Position numbers and translations under genes: made by a program | Notes under the pieces: model-generated | Told to the model about the DNA's origin: nothing | Database searches by the model: none | Seen by the model: the letters and a program-made list of their open reading frames with translations, nothing else | Assembly: GCF_009914755.1 (NCBI RefSeq) | Contig: NC_060927.1 | DNA: 64,000 bases | Strand: one strand, 5' to 3' | Source of the DNA: the human T2T-CHM13v2.0 reference genome, Homo sapiens | Shown: one piece after another, positions 28,310-43,358 of the stretch | Layout of the letters: each line of letters opens with the position of its first letter | Position numbering within the stretch: position 1 is the stretch's first letter

Positions 28310-31127
28310 GGCAAGATGATGTTCAGAGGGTATGGTCAAACTGTTATTCTTACATATCCTATTTCTGGAAATGTTAATTTGAGCAACATTTTTGGGAAAA
28401 ATTGTCAGTATGTATCAAAATACTTAAAAATTTCATATTCTTTGATTCTAGCTTTACAAATTGGGAAATATAGTTTAAAATATTTATGACATTCTGGTCT
28501 ATCAGTGATATTTAAAATAGTAAAACATGGGAACAAATTATACATTCAGCAATAAGGAAATAGCTAGGTGAATTATGGACAACCAGTAAGTTGAGAGTCC
28601 ATACAGGCACTACAATCATATAAAGTTATGTATTAGATAGAAAAAAATGGTTGGCTTTCTCCTACCTTCTCCCTTTCTGTCCTATTGGTATTTCTATCTT
28701 TGAAAATAATTGATTCTTTAACATTTAAAGGTATTAAAATATCAAGGAAAAGGAACCTAATATATAATTGTGTATATAATGAACTTCATTTATATAACAG
28801 AAAAGACTGTAAAGAGAAACAGCAAAAGGCTCACAGTGGTTTTTTATGCTTGGTAGGGTTATGGATTTTTTTTGACATTTCTCTTATTTTCCCAAACTTC
28901 TATAATCCTCATATATTGATAATCTGGAATATGATCATCAGACTTCTAGTGTGAATATAGAAGCAGCTTAGTTCTGAATCTTTTCAGTTTTCTTATTGGA
29001 AACCATTCAGAGTGAAATGCATAACTAAAGAAAAAAAATTTCCCAAATGTCCTTTTTTGTGAATCTAGGAGGAAAAGAAAACCTAGAAATTCTAAAGTAA
29101 ATGCTAGTGTTGGTGAAAACAGTTAAGATCAAGAGAAAATGTTGTAAAAAGCAGTGTAGAAGAGGTGGTAAGGAAGGCAAGGAAGAAAAGTGGGTGCTGA
29201 GGGGGTCTTAAGGGAGTCAGCTCCCAGAAGCAGCTGGAGAAATACACACCTAGAAGGAAAGGGCACTACTTTGAATGGAAACTGCTATCCCCAGGGCTGG
29301 GGAATCTGAAGAAAAAACAGTAGAGAATGCTCAGAGCCTCAGAAGTGGCAGATCTCATAAAGTACCAGGAAAAGTATACCTTCTAAAGGTAAAGGAATCG
29401 CCTGGGAAGGCAGGGGCTCTGTCCTTGGTGGCAAGGCTGGTGAATAAACCTCAGGAACCCAGGGCTGATGGTAGAACCCTGTGAATATCTTTTAAGTTCA
29501 GTCAGCTGCACAGTTCTGCTATATTCAAAGAAAGTTGTTATTGAAAAACAGAGGAGGGAGCCCTTGAGTTGGGGAAACCCTTAAGGAAGGTATTTACCAT
29601 TCCACATTGCCTTAGGGGTCCTAAAAATTTTAGGTTTAGGGAAATCCAACTCTTTCAAACTTGAATGATAAACAGATGCAGGTATTTCTTGCAGTGTTCC
29701 AATATTCTACAGGAAAAATATCGAAAATGGCAGAAAAGAAAATTTAAAGGTGAATTAAACTCACCAGAAAAATGCTGCCATGGAATATATAATATATACA
29801 TTCCCACATTAATTTTTAAAAAGCAAAAAGCATCATGGTTATGAAGATAGAATTATGAGAACTTAGGTAAGTAAGGATAGGACAGTAAAAGCCATGGCTA
29901 TGGAAATGTGTAAAGGAAACTGGGATAAGTGAAAATAAACAGAAATACAAAAAAATGTGTGAGAGGAAGGGACATGTAATTAGAAGGCATTCAAAGGAGT
30001 GCAGATCACAGCAGAAACAGTGTGGGACATGAAAGATAAGTATAAGAAATACAAATAAAAATAAACAAATATGAAGGAAAATAAAAAGAGGATTAAGTAA
30101 GAAAGATAGAAATAAAAAGGTGAGAAAGGGAATTCGATATATGTATAATATGCATAATTAGAATTGTCCCCCCAAAAGCCAAAATAATAGAACACATTGT
30201 TTAAAAATATAATCCAGGAACACTTTCCTAAATTAAAAAAAAATCTTACATTGATATAATGAAATGATGCCCTGGATGAAATTGAAGATTTCATTAAGTG
30301 GAAACCAGGGGAAATATAAAAAGACATAGAAATAAAATTTAAAAATTAGAATTTTACCTCTTACAAAACTTACTTCTGGTGGCCAAAAAGTAAGTAAGGA
30401 AGTAAGGATACAGAAAATCTAAACGACATACGCAATAAGCTATATACAGAGAGACAGCAATTTATAACGATATCAAAAACCAGAAAGTCCTCACCACTTG
30501 GAAGTTGTAAAACCCATAAATAAGACTTGTATCAAAAATGAAAATATGAACCAATGTTTTGGAAGAAGTTAAGAAAAAGTTGGTTCCTTGAAAAAATACA
30601 TTAATAGAGAATCACAAGCTAATCACATCAAGAAAAAAAGGGATAAATGACAAATACAAAAAGATAAGCCGGGAATCAACATGGAAATGAGCAGAGTATG
30701 GTTCTATCAGATATCACAATCAATAAAATGTCACAATTATTAAAGGAATGTGATATTATGCAAAGCTAGACACATAGACAAAAGTCACAGAACAGTAAAC
30801 TGAGAAATAGATCCCCAAACATATGGGAATTTAGTGTAAGATAGAGTGTGGTACCACAAATCAGTGGGATAAGTAGATTTTTTAAAACAGTGTTGGACAT
30901 GGATAACAGTAAGATAAAAAATAGTATTGGACCTATACTTCACTCAATATACCATAATAAAACCTAAATAGATTATTAATTTAAAGGTAAAAACTACAAC
31001 TTTAAAACTGGTAGAATAAAACAAGAGAAATACCTTTAAAACTTTGGAGTAAGGAAACTGGCTTCAGTGTAAATACTAGAAGCCACAAAATAACATATTG
31101 AAAATTTAACTACGTAAGAATAAAACT

Positions 31128-31177
<50 letters not shown>

Positions 31178-32030
31178 TGTCCAAAGCCAAATAACAAAGG
31201 GAAACAATTTGCAACTTATATAACAACCAGTAACCACTTTTCTTAATACATAAAAGAACTCATAAGAATCAGAAAGAAAATGGCCAAGAACACAACAGAA
31301 TTGATCAAAAGACACAAACCATTTTCAGATAAAGAAATGCAAATGACTATAAGGTATGTGAAGATACACAAACTCATTAATTATAAGAAAATACAAGTTA
31401 AAATTATAGGGTGATAGTTCATTTTTACTCTCAAATAGGGAATAATAAAAAATTTGATCCATACATTTCGCTGATGTAGCTCTGGAGAAGTAAGCATTGT
31501 TTTCATATATTGCTTGTGAAGTCCAAAATTGAATAATATTTATATAGGGCAAAGTGACAATATCTATTAAATGATTATATGGATGTATTCTGTAGTTAAT
31601 CCTGTACATGTTCAACATGATATATTGTAAGATTATTCATTATTAGTTTTTAAAAAGCAAAAGATTCAAAAACAATGCATGTACATAAATAGGAAACTGA
31701 TTAAATAAACTCTGAAACATGTCCATGATGAAATACTATACAGCTGTGGAAAAAAATGAGGAAGCTCTCTAAATATTGATACGGAAAGATCTCTAACACT
31801 GCTAAATCTTTAAAAGGCGAGGTACCACATAGTGTAGACAATATGCTATCATTTGTTTAAGGAGGGAGGACAATAAGAATACATTGCTTCTGTTTCTATT
31901 TTCATATACCCTGGGAATGATGTGAAAATAAATGAAAATAAATGAGAATGAAAATAAGTGAGATCACCTCTGGCAGGTTTCTATGTATTTTAAATTATTT
32001 GGATTTTTGAACTACATGAAAGTATAATTC
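28310..32030 (+). mobile_element. Highly decayed L1M (L1ME-like) fragments
   Basis: A-rich strand bias with ORF1/ORF2/3'-UTR remnants (aatccaggaacactttcc, ggacctatacttcactcaatatacc, gaaatactatacagctgtgg). Probably several pieces. Confidence 0.6.
31130..31173 (+). repeat. (AC)n microsatellite
   Basis: About 22 units. Confidence 0.95.
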
Positions 32031-32195
32031 TTCTAACTATTAATGCAATCAGAAACTGATCTGTTTAAATTTTGTGATCCAGGTTTTATTGTCATATCTG
32101 TTGAATTAGCTTATGCTATGATTAAATATCTGTAACGTGGCATGGTTCTGTTAGCTCTTAATGTAATGGCGGAGTCTTAATACGGTAGAAATTAA

Positions 32196-32441
<246 letters not shown>

Positions 32442-33558
32442 TAAGGAACTTCATTTTAAGTTGTTGAATTGATCTAAGCTGAAAGGTTATCAAATGTCAG
32501 AAACTAAGTTCTGCATAGAAAGTGGATATGTGTTAGATCAAATAGTTTGAAGTAGGATTTATTCATTTGTCTAGTAAAGATCTGCTAAATATCCTACTTT
32601 GTGCCAAGCATTATACCGAGGATACAGAGATGAGGTGTGCACAAATTCTGAATTTAATTAGATTATTCTTTAGGATCATTAGCTAGTCACAGAAGAAATC
32701 AAGACAAAAATCTTATGGTGCAAAGGCAGACAAATATATGGGTTGTAGTAACAGGCAGTATTCACCATTGTGAGAGAGATGAAGCAGGAGAGGTTGAGAG
32801 GATTGTTAGAGATGAACTCCAGCTGTTACTTCGAAGAGGACTGAACCCCAGAGAACCAAAATCAAGAGTGTGAGAGACATTGCTGGCCAAACGATGGTCA
32901 AAGACAGAGACACATAAATTAGTGTGATCAGAGAGCTTCTAGTTCTTCAGTAGGGTTGTAGAGCAGAGTAGAGATGATTGGAAAACCCAGGGAGTGGACT
33001 GGGCTGGTGCTGGAAAGGTAGATTGTGGCCAGATGGTCGGGAAATCACTGAGCTTAAAAGTTAAAAGCAATGAAAGGTGTGCATCTGTATTGCATACAGC
33101 CACCATTAAAATAAAGATCCATTTAAAGTAGTGAATAAAAAAAATTCTATTCTGACCGGCTCTCTAGGGCCACATCATTATTAACCTGAGAAAAATGCAT
33201 GCCCTTTTTTAATTTGAAATACCATTAATATGTTTATATTTATGTTCAATTTATGCATAAATGGGAAGCTATTTCTTCATACTCATTGATCCCTTTGGAC
33301 TAATAAGCTATGACAGATGGGGGTAAATGGAGAGTCCACATTACCTTGAGTCCATGCTGACCAACATTTCCGGGAAGGATTTATTAAAGGCTTGAGAGAA
33401 ATAAAAGTAGAAAAGTTTGATAAACACAGCACTTTTTCAAGAGAGCCATTGAGCTATGTAAATTAATGAGGCAGTGCACAATTACAGCGGGAGGAAATAA
33501 GAAATGTGGCCCAAGCCAGGGTAAGAAACACTGTAGCAGTTACATGCAAAGTAATTAA

Positions 33559-33864
<306 letters not shown>

Positions 33865-34010
33865 TAACGAGAACTCAAAGTGGTTCCTAAACAGCACTAA
33901 TTAATTGTGAGACAAGATAAACTACTAAGCAACTTTAATTTCACAGTAGTTTCCCTGTTTACTCAACTTTCACACAAAGGGCAATATTGTCTTTACTACG
34001 TTTCCTGTTT

Positions 34011-34052
34011 TCACACACACATACACACACACACACACACACACGCACACAC
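34011..34052 (+). repeat. Interrupted (CA)n microsatellite
   Basis: CA run with ta and cg interruptions. Confidence 0.9.
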
Positions 34053-34058
34053 GAGTAG

Positions 34059-34365
<307 letters not shown>

Positions 34366-34384
34366 CATGCTGGACGTGTGTATC

Positions 34385-34730
34385 CGCTTGGATACCCTGT
34401 GGATCCGCTTCACCGTCCTCTGCCCTGCTGTCGCCCATGACTACTAATTTGAGTGCGCTGCAGCCTCTAGCTCCCTTGCCCTCTAGTTTCTGGTTGGGCT
34501 TGACCAATAGGTGGTGCTGTAAGCAGATGGGAGGGCACAGAAATTGTGGCGTCCACAGGGCTCCTCCCAGACAATTCTCTCCCTAGAACTACTCTGAAAA
34601 CCCTCTCCTTATCCCTTAACTCTACTCTCTCTTGTGAATTCTCCACGTCTTTATAAATAGCCTATTAAACACTCCGTACATGGCCCAGTTTGAGTACCAT
34701 TTGTTTCCTTTCAGAATTCTGCATATTACA
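34385..34730 (+). mobile_element. ERVL LTR remnant (LTR33-like)
   Basis: ctcccttgccctctagtttctggttgggcttgaccaatagg...attaaacactcc...tttgagtaccatttgtttcct. Confidence 0.5.
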
Positions 34731-35467
34731 TACTCTCATCTACTGCATTCATTTGTGCTCATGAATTCATATAATCTAATGGACACAACTATTTATAACT
34801 CTTTATAAACATATCCTCATGTATACAAATATATGTGCATACATGTACCTACACACATACACACACACAATGTAAAGGGATATAGATTTTGTAGATTTAA
34901 GTCAGTGTGAACCCAGAGACTTTCAGAGTCCATTGGATAAAACAGAGATGTGGCATAAAAAACTCTGAAACTAAGGCCGGAAAAACTGGTTCTAGGTTTA
35001 GCTTTTGTTCTAACATGCTATGCGACTAGAGGCTTTATTTCATTTCTTTGGGAAAATGTTTCTTCATTTTTAAAGTAAAAGTTTTTAACAAGTTTATAAA
35101 GTTTTAAGATATTTCTTCATTTTTAAAATAAAAGTTTTAAGATTTTTTCTAACACTGTAGTTCTAAATTTCCCCCCAAAAAAGAGAATAATTCTGATTTG
35201 GACTATGTGCTAATAATGTTTTCTTCATTTTATATTAGCCTTAATGCTGTTATTATGTTTCAGTTACATTTTCGGTATCTTTTCTCCATGCTGCCCATCC
35301 CACAGTCAAAAGAAAGTTTTGCCTGAAATAGGCAAATCAGCAAAAAGTGGTTTTGGCCCAAAAAATTCAGACAATTGCTTTAATTACTTTCCTCCCTGTG
35401 TTTGTGTAGACCTAACATTATTTAAAAACAAACTAATAGGCCCTTTCAATAATGCAGAAATATATTA

Positions 35468-35894
<427 letters not shown>

Positions 35895-36157
35895 TCAGAA
35901 ATGGCTCATAGAATTACATTGAATGGAAACTCAGTTCTTGTTGCCAAATAATTAGGATTGCTTTTGGGTAGGCACAATAAAAGAGATTTTTATTTCCATG
36001 GAGCATATCTAGAGTCAGTTTGCTATAAGAAAAGAACTTTTAAAGTGACATTTCTTCTGTTCATCTTGGGTAGATGGCTTTTCCTCCTTAATTACCTTCT
36101 TACTTCCTTCTTGCCTATGCAAAACTAAGTATTACAAATTTTAAATAATTTTTTAGC

Positions 36158-36506
36158 TGTATTCCTCCATTCTCATGCTGCTAATAAAGACACACCTGAG
36201 ACTGTGTAATTTATAAAGAAAAAGAGATTTAATGGACTCACAGTTTCACATGGGTGGGGAGGCCTCACAATCATGGCAGAAGGCAAAGGAAGAGCAAAGT
36301 CGTATCTTAAATGGTGGCAGGCAAGAGGGCATGTGCAGAGGAATCGCCCTTTATAAAACCATGAGATCTTGTGAGATTTATTCACTATTATGAGAACAGC
36401 ATGGGAAAAAAACCCATCCCCATGATTCAATTACCTCCCACAACATGTGGGTATTATGGAAGCTATAATTCAAGATGAGATTTGGGTGGGGACGCAAACC
36501 GTATCG
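36158..36506 (-). mobile_element. THE1 (THE1C-like) solo LTR
   Basis: catgctgctaataaagaca...caatcatggcagaaggc...gatgagatttgggtgggga; 5-bp TSD ttagc/ttagt. Confidence 0.88.
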
Positions 36507-39279
36507 TTAGTGTAAAATAATCTTTAAATATACAAAAAAAATTCTAAGACCCCCGAAATCCCAGTAAAGATAAATAAGTAGAAGTCTCTAATTCTAACAT
36601 AAGTAACCAGCTCTCCAGGTTTATAGGTTTCATCCATCCCACATCCAGTTGCCCAAAATATCTATGTTAACACCACAAAGAGCTATCACAATGCCTCTGA
36701 TGTCATGCCTGGATTTCTTTCCAATTTTCAACCAGTTTCCACCTCAAGAATGTCACTTATTGCCCAACATGCTAGAGTTTTCTCAGGGTCACCTCAGGTT
36801 TCTCCACCAGCAGAGCCCCCAGAGGAGCACACTCATGCTTTCAGGGTCCCCTTGAATCCTCTCTCATTCTCTCTCGAATTATTTTTAAATAATTTTGATA
36901 AATACAATTTTGGCGTGGTCTTCTTTGATCATCATGGTGGTCTCACTGCCTAAAGGAACATATACATATAAAGATGTTTACATTGTAATACTATGATATC
37001 CATGAAAATATATATTTTTAAAAATTCCACATGAACACAGAACTCAGAACTCAAGCCATATCCATCCACATGCAAATCCTGTGCAAACTTCATGTTCAAC
37101 TTCATGACCAGAACTACCTTTTTTCCTTAGTTTCACTTTATTTTTACCTTAGGTCAGCTAGAATTTATCTCTTCAGGTCCTGTGGCCAATTTTATATAGA
37201 TAAATCCAATTTCAGGCTTGATTTGCTCTCTTCAAAGCTCTCTGATGCTTGGAAGTTTTGCTCTATTTGCTCATTGAACCACTCCTTTTCCCTAGACATC
37301 TAGCTTAGGTAGAGTTCAGTAAGTTGTTAAACCTGAGAACTCCTGTTTTGTTTTGCTTTTTAATGAAATCAAATCCATTCTGGATATTTTTTACCCAACA
37401 TAGTTAATAGTTTTGTTACTTGACTTAGGAAAATCTTCACACCCTCATAATGCAACCCCTCAAGAAAAATTTCCTGAAGTGTTCTTATTTAAAACTTCAA
37501 AATGCTGAAAGTGCTTGGATAGGGAAATGCTAATCAAAGAGTACAATTCTGGAAATCTAAAGGCACCAACACCAGAAAACAATACCTAATTGTTTTGTTT
37601 ACTTAAATTCCTGTGGAGAAACCCAAGCCGTATTCTTGTTCGATTAGAATTGCTGAGTTTTATGAGTAGTTAATAATTCATTTGAGCATACTTGTTTGTC
37701 CCTTCTTGGGACTGGCACTCGTCTAGGAACTGGGAGTATAGTAGAGAACAGGCCACAGACTTTGTCCTCAGGGATCTTAGAGTTCAGAGGTAGAAACAGA
37801 CTATGAACGAACGTAACACTGTGAAAAGTAAAAAGGTCGGTGCTTATTAATTTGAGATGTGTGGTCCATTTTACTACATAGGTTATTAAAGTTTTTTAAA
37901 AAAAAAACTTTTCTAGTACTAAGAGAAAAAAATTATTCTGCATGTATCTTTGGTGGTCATTTTTAAAATTATTATTTCAACTACTTACATGAGAAAGCAG
38001 AGAATGACAATTTGTCTGCCACTTCTGGCTTTCAAATGGCTGTGGCATTGCTGCTATCACCTTTCTCCTATAGGCTTTCAAATAGATAAATATACTCTTG
38101 GAGAGCCCCAAAAGTTTGGTATTCCAATCAGTTCTAATTCCAGAAGGCTTCAGGTGTTTCTTTTAGCATATATGTACATGTCAAGACCAAGTGGGTTCAA
38201 GGAATAAAAAAGTGTGGTGGGATAAAAGTCTCCTGAAAAAATGTCTACCTTCCCTTTCAAGGCTATACAGTGCTTTGATTTTTTTTGTTTGTTTGTTTTC
38301 TTTGCAATAATACAAAAATTGGAGGCTACCAGAAATAGCAACTAGATAAAGCAATTCTCTCTACCTTTATTCACTGTCAAATACAATTCCAAATAGTATT
38401 CAAATATCACAGGTTTCGATTTCAACCACCTGCCAAAGGTAGTATGCTTTCATTTTTTCAGAGTCCTGGAACCTGGATTTTGTCGTTCCAGTCTTATTTG
38501 GAAAAGGGTGTGTCTTTTCCCCACACACGGAGATTTTTGTCCACAGCGAAGTCCTCATTAATGACAACTGAGATACTGTTTCTATGGAAGTGTTGGTGGT
38601 AATACGGGGAGTGCAGGGGACAGTCTGACTTTTGTTAACCTTAGGATGCAGAAAATAGCAGAAAGGGCATCTAGTCATAGCACTCTTGTCTTATTTGAAA
38701 CACTTATTAGAAAGGAACTTTCTATTTTTTAGTTGAAATATTTTAAAGCAATTAAGTGTGATTTCTAAAAAAAAGAATAGCTTTCAAAAATAAATTTTTA
38801 GCATTATATATTCTCCTCCTATGTTCCAGTGAGGCAGCTCATCTTGGGAAAAGAGCACATGGATATTTTGGAAGAATTGATCATAGTCCATTCATCCCAC
38901 CTGTTTCCATGAGAAGGAAGTGTTATTATAAAGTAGTGTTGGTTAGAGGTTAGGATTTTTCTGAATGTTGTATAATAAAAATGTGTGTTATTTTTCTTTT
39001 TGTCCTATAGCGATGCATTGCACCATTCTAAAGAACCCTATGAATGAGTGCTGTATTAATTTTGAGCATTGTACTTCAGAATCAGACAGCAGAACCATCG
39101 TTTCTGCCAAGATTCATGTGTCTGAAAAAAAATGGTGTCAGATATTTTATAAATATCTCACCAGGTTCTCCCATTACTTGCTTAAAATACTAATCCTAGA
39201 GATTCATAGCTTGAGATATTCATCTTCATAACCAGAAATATTTTTCATATTGGTCAGTTTATATTATTTTAGAAAAAGG

Positions 39280-39470
39280 CCTCTGAAACTGAGCTTTGTT
39301 TTAAGCACATGTTTACTCTGTCATAAAGGCTGTGACAGATGGAAATTTCTTTATCTGTAAAATGGGGGTAGCAATAATATCCAAACCATATGGCTTCTGT
39401 GAGGATGAAATGTGATAATATATGAAACAGCAGTTTATGAACTATGTGGTTTTATACACATATTGATTGT
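39280..39470. mobile_element. MIR SINE
   Basis: tttctttatctgtaaaatggggg...gtgaggatgaaatgtgataatatatgaaa MIR core. Confidence 0.65.
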
Positions 39471-40308
39471 AATAATATTTATATTCCAGAAATAAACAGT
39501 CAATTGCACGCATTATATGGTTCAAATAACAAACACAAATATTAAAACACAAATATGAAATTACTCTTATTTCAAATATGAAATATGAGCTCGTACAAGC
39601 TCCAGGGTTGATAGCAACATGATGACAAATTGGACAACAAAAATTGGGAAATCAAGTAATATGTTTATCGCATCTATTATTGTGTTTGGCAGGGAAAAGT
39701 CAAAAATCAACAGCTTCAATCTTTTACTTAACAGATGCAAATAAAACTACAACTCAGGCTCAGGAGTCATGTTTTCCTTTCATATAGTTATTAAGTGTAA
39801 ATTTATCTTCTTGGAACTTAAAATGATGTGTTTGCAGATTACGTTGGGCAAATTGGCAATACTTAAAATAGAGTGGCACTAAATAATGAATATTCCGTAT
39901 AACAGAATAACAAATAGCAGGTTATAGGGCCATAAAAAATGTAATAGCTGTTAACGATTACTGCCCCCACCAGCCTGACTGGAGAGCTAATGATGAAACA
40001 AAGTTGTCAGGCAAGAAAACAGCACACTGTATATTTTTTTCTATTACATTTGTATACCTAGGGCAGGGGTAGGATGTGGGCTTGGGGAATAGAAAGATGA
40101 TGAAATCCAGGACATATGAAACAGGGCATGGACAAGCAGAATGGTTTAGGGGGACTTTCATTTTTGCCTTACTCAAGGAGATTATGGGTGGACGTAAGAG
40201 GAGATAACAGGTAAAAATGTAGGTACAATGTAATTATTAATCAGAATAAACAAAGGTAAATATTTGGAGAGATGATGTCACTTCTCTTTTTCTGTTTTTT
40301 CCCCTCAG

Positions 40309-40338
40309 ATGAGACTCCAACCAACAATTCGCAACTTG
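40309..40338 (+). CDS. ZPLD1: ZPLD1 coding exon 9, 30-nt microexon (DETPTNNSQL)
   Basis: Long pyrimidine tract plus cccctcag|AT acceptor, TTG|gtaaga donor; phase 1-1; including it gives 415 aa. Confidence 0.88.
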
Positions 40339-40693
40339 GTAAGATAATTAACATATTTTGCAATGTTTTTTACATTTTTGGTGATCAGTTACAAAGCTGT
40401 AATCATCTAAGTGTAATGAGCTTGAGTTTTCCAAGTTTGGTCCATTTTAGATAACAGTTCACTGAGGGTTTTCAAACTCATATGTGATCTATTGGTCAAT
40501 TTTTATAGCATTTGATAGCTTTTTGGTATTTTTGATTTTGGCTGCCCATGGGCAGCCTCTAAACCATACAATCCTTTGGTATTGGGTTGAATTACAGTCA
40601 AATAGATTGTAACACAATTCAGTGCCATGCTGCTATTCTATGAGATGCTGATGAAAGATGTTTTGCAGGTAAAATTGGGTCAAGGTGAGATAA

Positions 40694-40915
<222 letters not shown>

Positions 40916-41321
40916 CTATAACAGATTCCTGCTCTCTGGAGAAGGCTTCACTGACTAAACTATGTGTGACTGCAGTCAGTGTTCCGTCTGAATTTCATGT
41001 CAGTCCACATTCAATATTTGTAGGTTTGATAAATTTCACAGTATAGCTTGTCAGCATAATGATAGTGAAAGAAGTTTATTATATTGCTATTGTCACTTAT
41101 GTACGTGGCGAGCCGTATTTTTATGCCACCAGTGAATATATTGACAATAAGTGAAAAATATTCAGGACTTAGGGCTTACAGGATCAGTAATATTTCATTT
41201 TATTTCAGTTTTCTTTTGATTGTTGGTTAAAAGATAAAAGGTGGGAGTAGACAAAAAATGAAATGTGTTGCATTTCCCCCTTAAGCATTAATGGCATTTA
41301 GATTTGCACACGTGGTCCTAG

Positions 41322-41327
41322 AATAAA
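41322..41327 (+). terminator. Candidate proximal polyadenylation signal AATAAA
   Basis: Canonical hexamer followed by tgttgctttttgttttt. Confidence 0.4.
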
Positions 41328-43114
41328 TGTTGCTTTTTGTTTTAATCCGGATATTCCCAGCTTCAGGATGTGTTTTAATAGGACTGGCCAATTTGGATAC
41401 CTGAGATTTAACTACTCATTCTATGACCTCCTGTGTTTTTGGCCGATTTTCATGTCTGACCATATTCATTTTAAAAGAAACTCTTGGGACATATCTCTTA
41501 ACCTGGGGCACCCTTTTGTGTAGAAGATAGTGAAAATAGTTGTTAGCTTCCAAGGCTACTGCTAAGTGGCCCTAGATCATTATTCATTAGAATAGGAATG
41601 GCTGCGATCAGTTTTCTTCTTCTGGTTCAGGTGAGAACACCAGCACATGTTAACTCTCCTCCCAGGTAAACAGTTCAGCTGCTGTTGCAGCTGTGCTTCC
41701 AGCAGTGAGGTAACTATGCAAAGATTATTTTTAATTCAAGAATCATCACATGTGAAAACAAGCTGTAGTTGTGAAAAGAGTTCCTAGAAGGGTTTTTAAC
41801 AATTTAGATTCCCTTTTTCCTAAAACAAAAAGGAAACTTAGGTTAAGTGTAGTTTGCAGAACATTGTTGGAATCTACATAAAAAGATATTCCTTCCCCCA
41901 TATTTTCGATGCCAGGCAATAATCAGGAGAGGGTTTCTTTTTAAGGTATCTTCTTGTAGGTGTCATAATTGCCATGAATAAACAATATTTTCCTCTAACA
42001 GTAAACTGCAAGAAGCTTCTGATCCTTTATCAGTTTTGCAAAAAAGCAAGCTTTAAGCAGCCCATGTTCTTACAAAAAAAATCAACATTCTCTTTGTTTA
42101 AGCTACCTATGCACTGAACAAACAAAACAATTTAATAGCCAACACCAAAACCCAGCATGTGAAGTTACTAGAATTGCCATGTTAACTATAAGCAATTGCT
42201 GTAATCACTAATTTCTATTCAACATTTGTGACCCATTAGTCCGGACTTAATTTACTATACTGCATGCAAATCATCAAGCAATTGCTTCAAAGGAAATGTC
42301 TACAATGTGAGTTAATAATTAAATCAATCCTCAAGTTGAAAAACACTTTTTCTCCAATTTGCCTGAATATTTCAGGAGGAAGTGTTTATATTATAATAAT
42401 TAGCTATATAATTGCATCAACTTTTTATTTCAAGGTATAGTTGCCAAGTAAAGTGGGATCTGGAAAGTCTCTGGATAATTTCTTTACAAAAAAAGTTTAA
42501 ATCACATAAAAAGCCAATCTACTCTTCCCTGTGTTACTTTAAAATAACTTTGAAGTGACTATTCTGAGCTTTATCTGTGTTAACATGATTAACTGACCAT
42601 ACTACTAATGTGACCCTGTATATACATGGATAGTATTGAAATATGCTGGTAAATCTATTTCAGATACTTTAAGTGAATTGCCATTGATTCTACGATTAAG
42701 TTCTGTGAATAGGACATTATATCATTTAAGCTGTTTTGTCAATTTGATTTTTATGCTTTTGGAACGGCTGCTGTTTCAGCTGTTGGCCTTTTCAATTCTA
42801 TACTCCATTTTATAGAATTGAATAATGGACACATGTCACTTGGGAAGCAACGTAAGTATCACATTATTTTTTGCCACCCTTTCATCATAAATGGAAGAAT
42901 CAGAGTTATAATGAGATAAACCAGGTCTGTTTTTTACAACTTTGTTCTTATAAATCTGCAGTTATATGGAGTATTTAGTTATACTGAATTTTACAGTTAT
43001 TATAGTGTGAAAAACCTTACAAAATATGTGCAAATGTTTCTTCAGTTTTAATACCTCAAACTGTTTTTTGCACTTCAGGGGTAAGGTCTGATGACATGTA
43101 AAAGATGATCGTTT

Positions 43115-43120
43115 AATAAA
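43115..43120 (+). terminator. Distal polyadenylation signal AATAAA
   Basis: Canonical hexamer with a U-rich tract about 25 nt downstream. Confidence 0.7.
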
Positions 43121-43207
43121 ATAATTGTTTAAAATGTTTACCTGTTTTGTTTTTTTTTTAATTTTCTCCTTCCTGCTCTCAACATCCTATTCTTACTTTC
43201 ACAAATA

Positions 43208-43358
43208 CAGAGGGTCTCCAACTTATGATGGTTACATTTACAATTTTTGACTTTAAGATGGGTTTATCAGGCCATTAAATGCATTGTTGACCTGTGATTT
43301 TTTTTATTTATGATAAGTTTTTTGAGACATAACACCATTGGAAATTGAGGAGCATCTG
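43208..43358. mobile_element. Tigger-family MITE (MER47-like)
   Basis: Terminal inverted repeats cagagggtctccaactt / aaattgaggagcatctg flanked by TA on both sides. Confidence 0.7.

Larger units (their letters stand above)
40916..43140 (+). other. ZPLD1: ZPLD1 3' UTR (~2.2 kb, AU-rich, no obvious repeats)
   Basis: Runs from the stop to AATAAA at 43115-43120, which is followed by a GU/U-rich downstream element (cctgttttgtttttttttt). The end point is inferred. Confidence 0.7.

Noticed and set aside
35058-35145. Short AT-rich tandem duplication (tttcttcatttttaaa.taaaagtttt twice)
   Set aside because: Ordinary slippage duplication at a MIR-like remnant with no sign of function.
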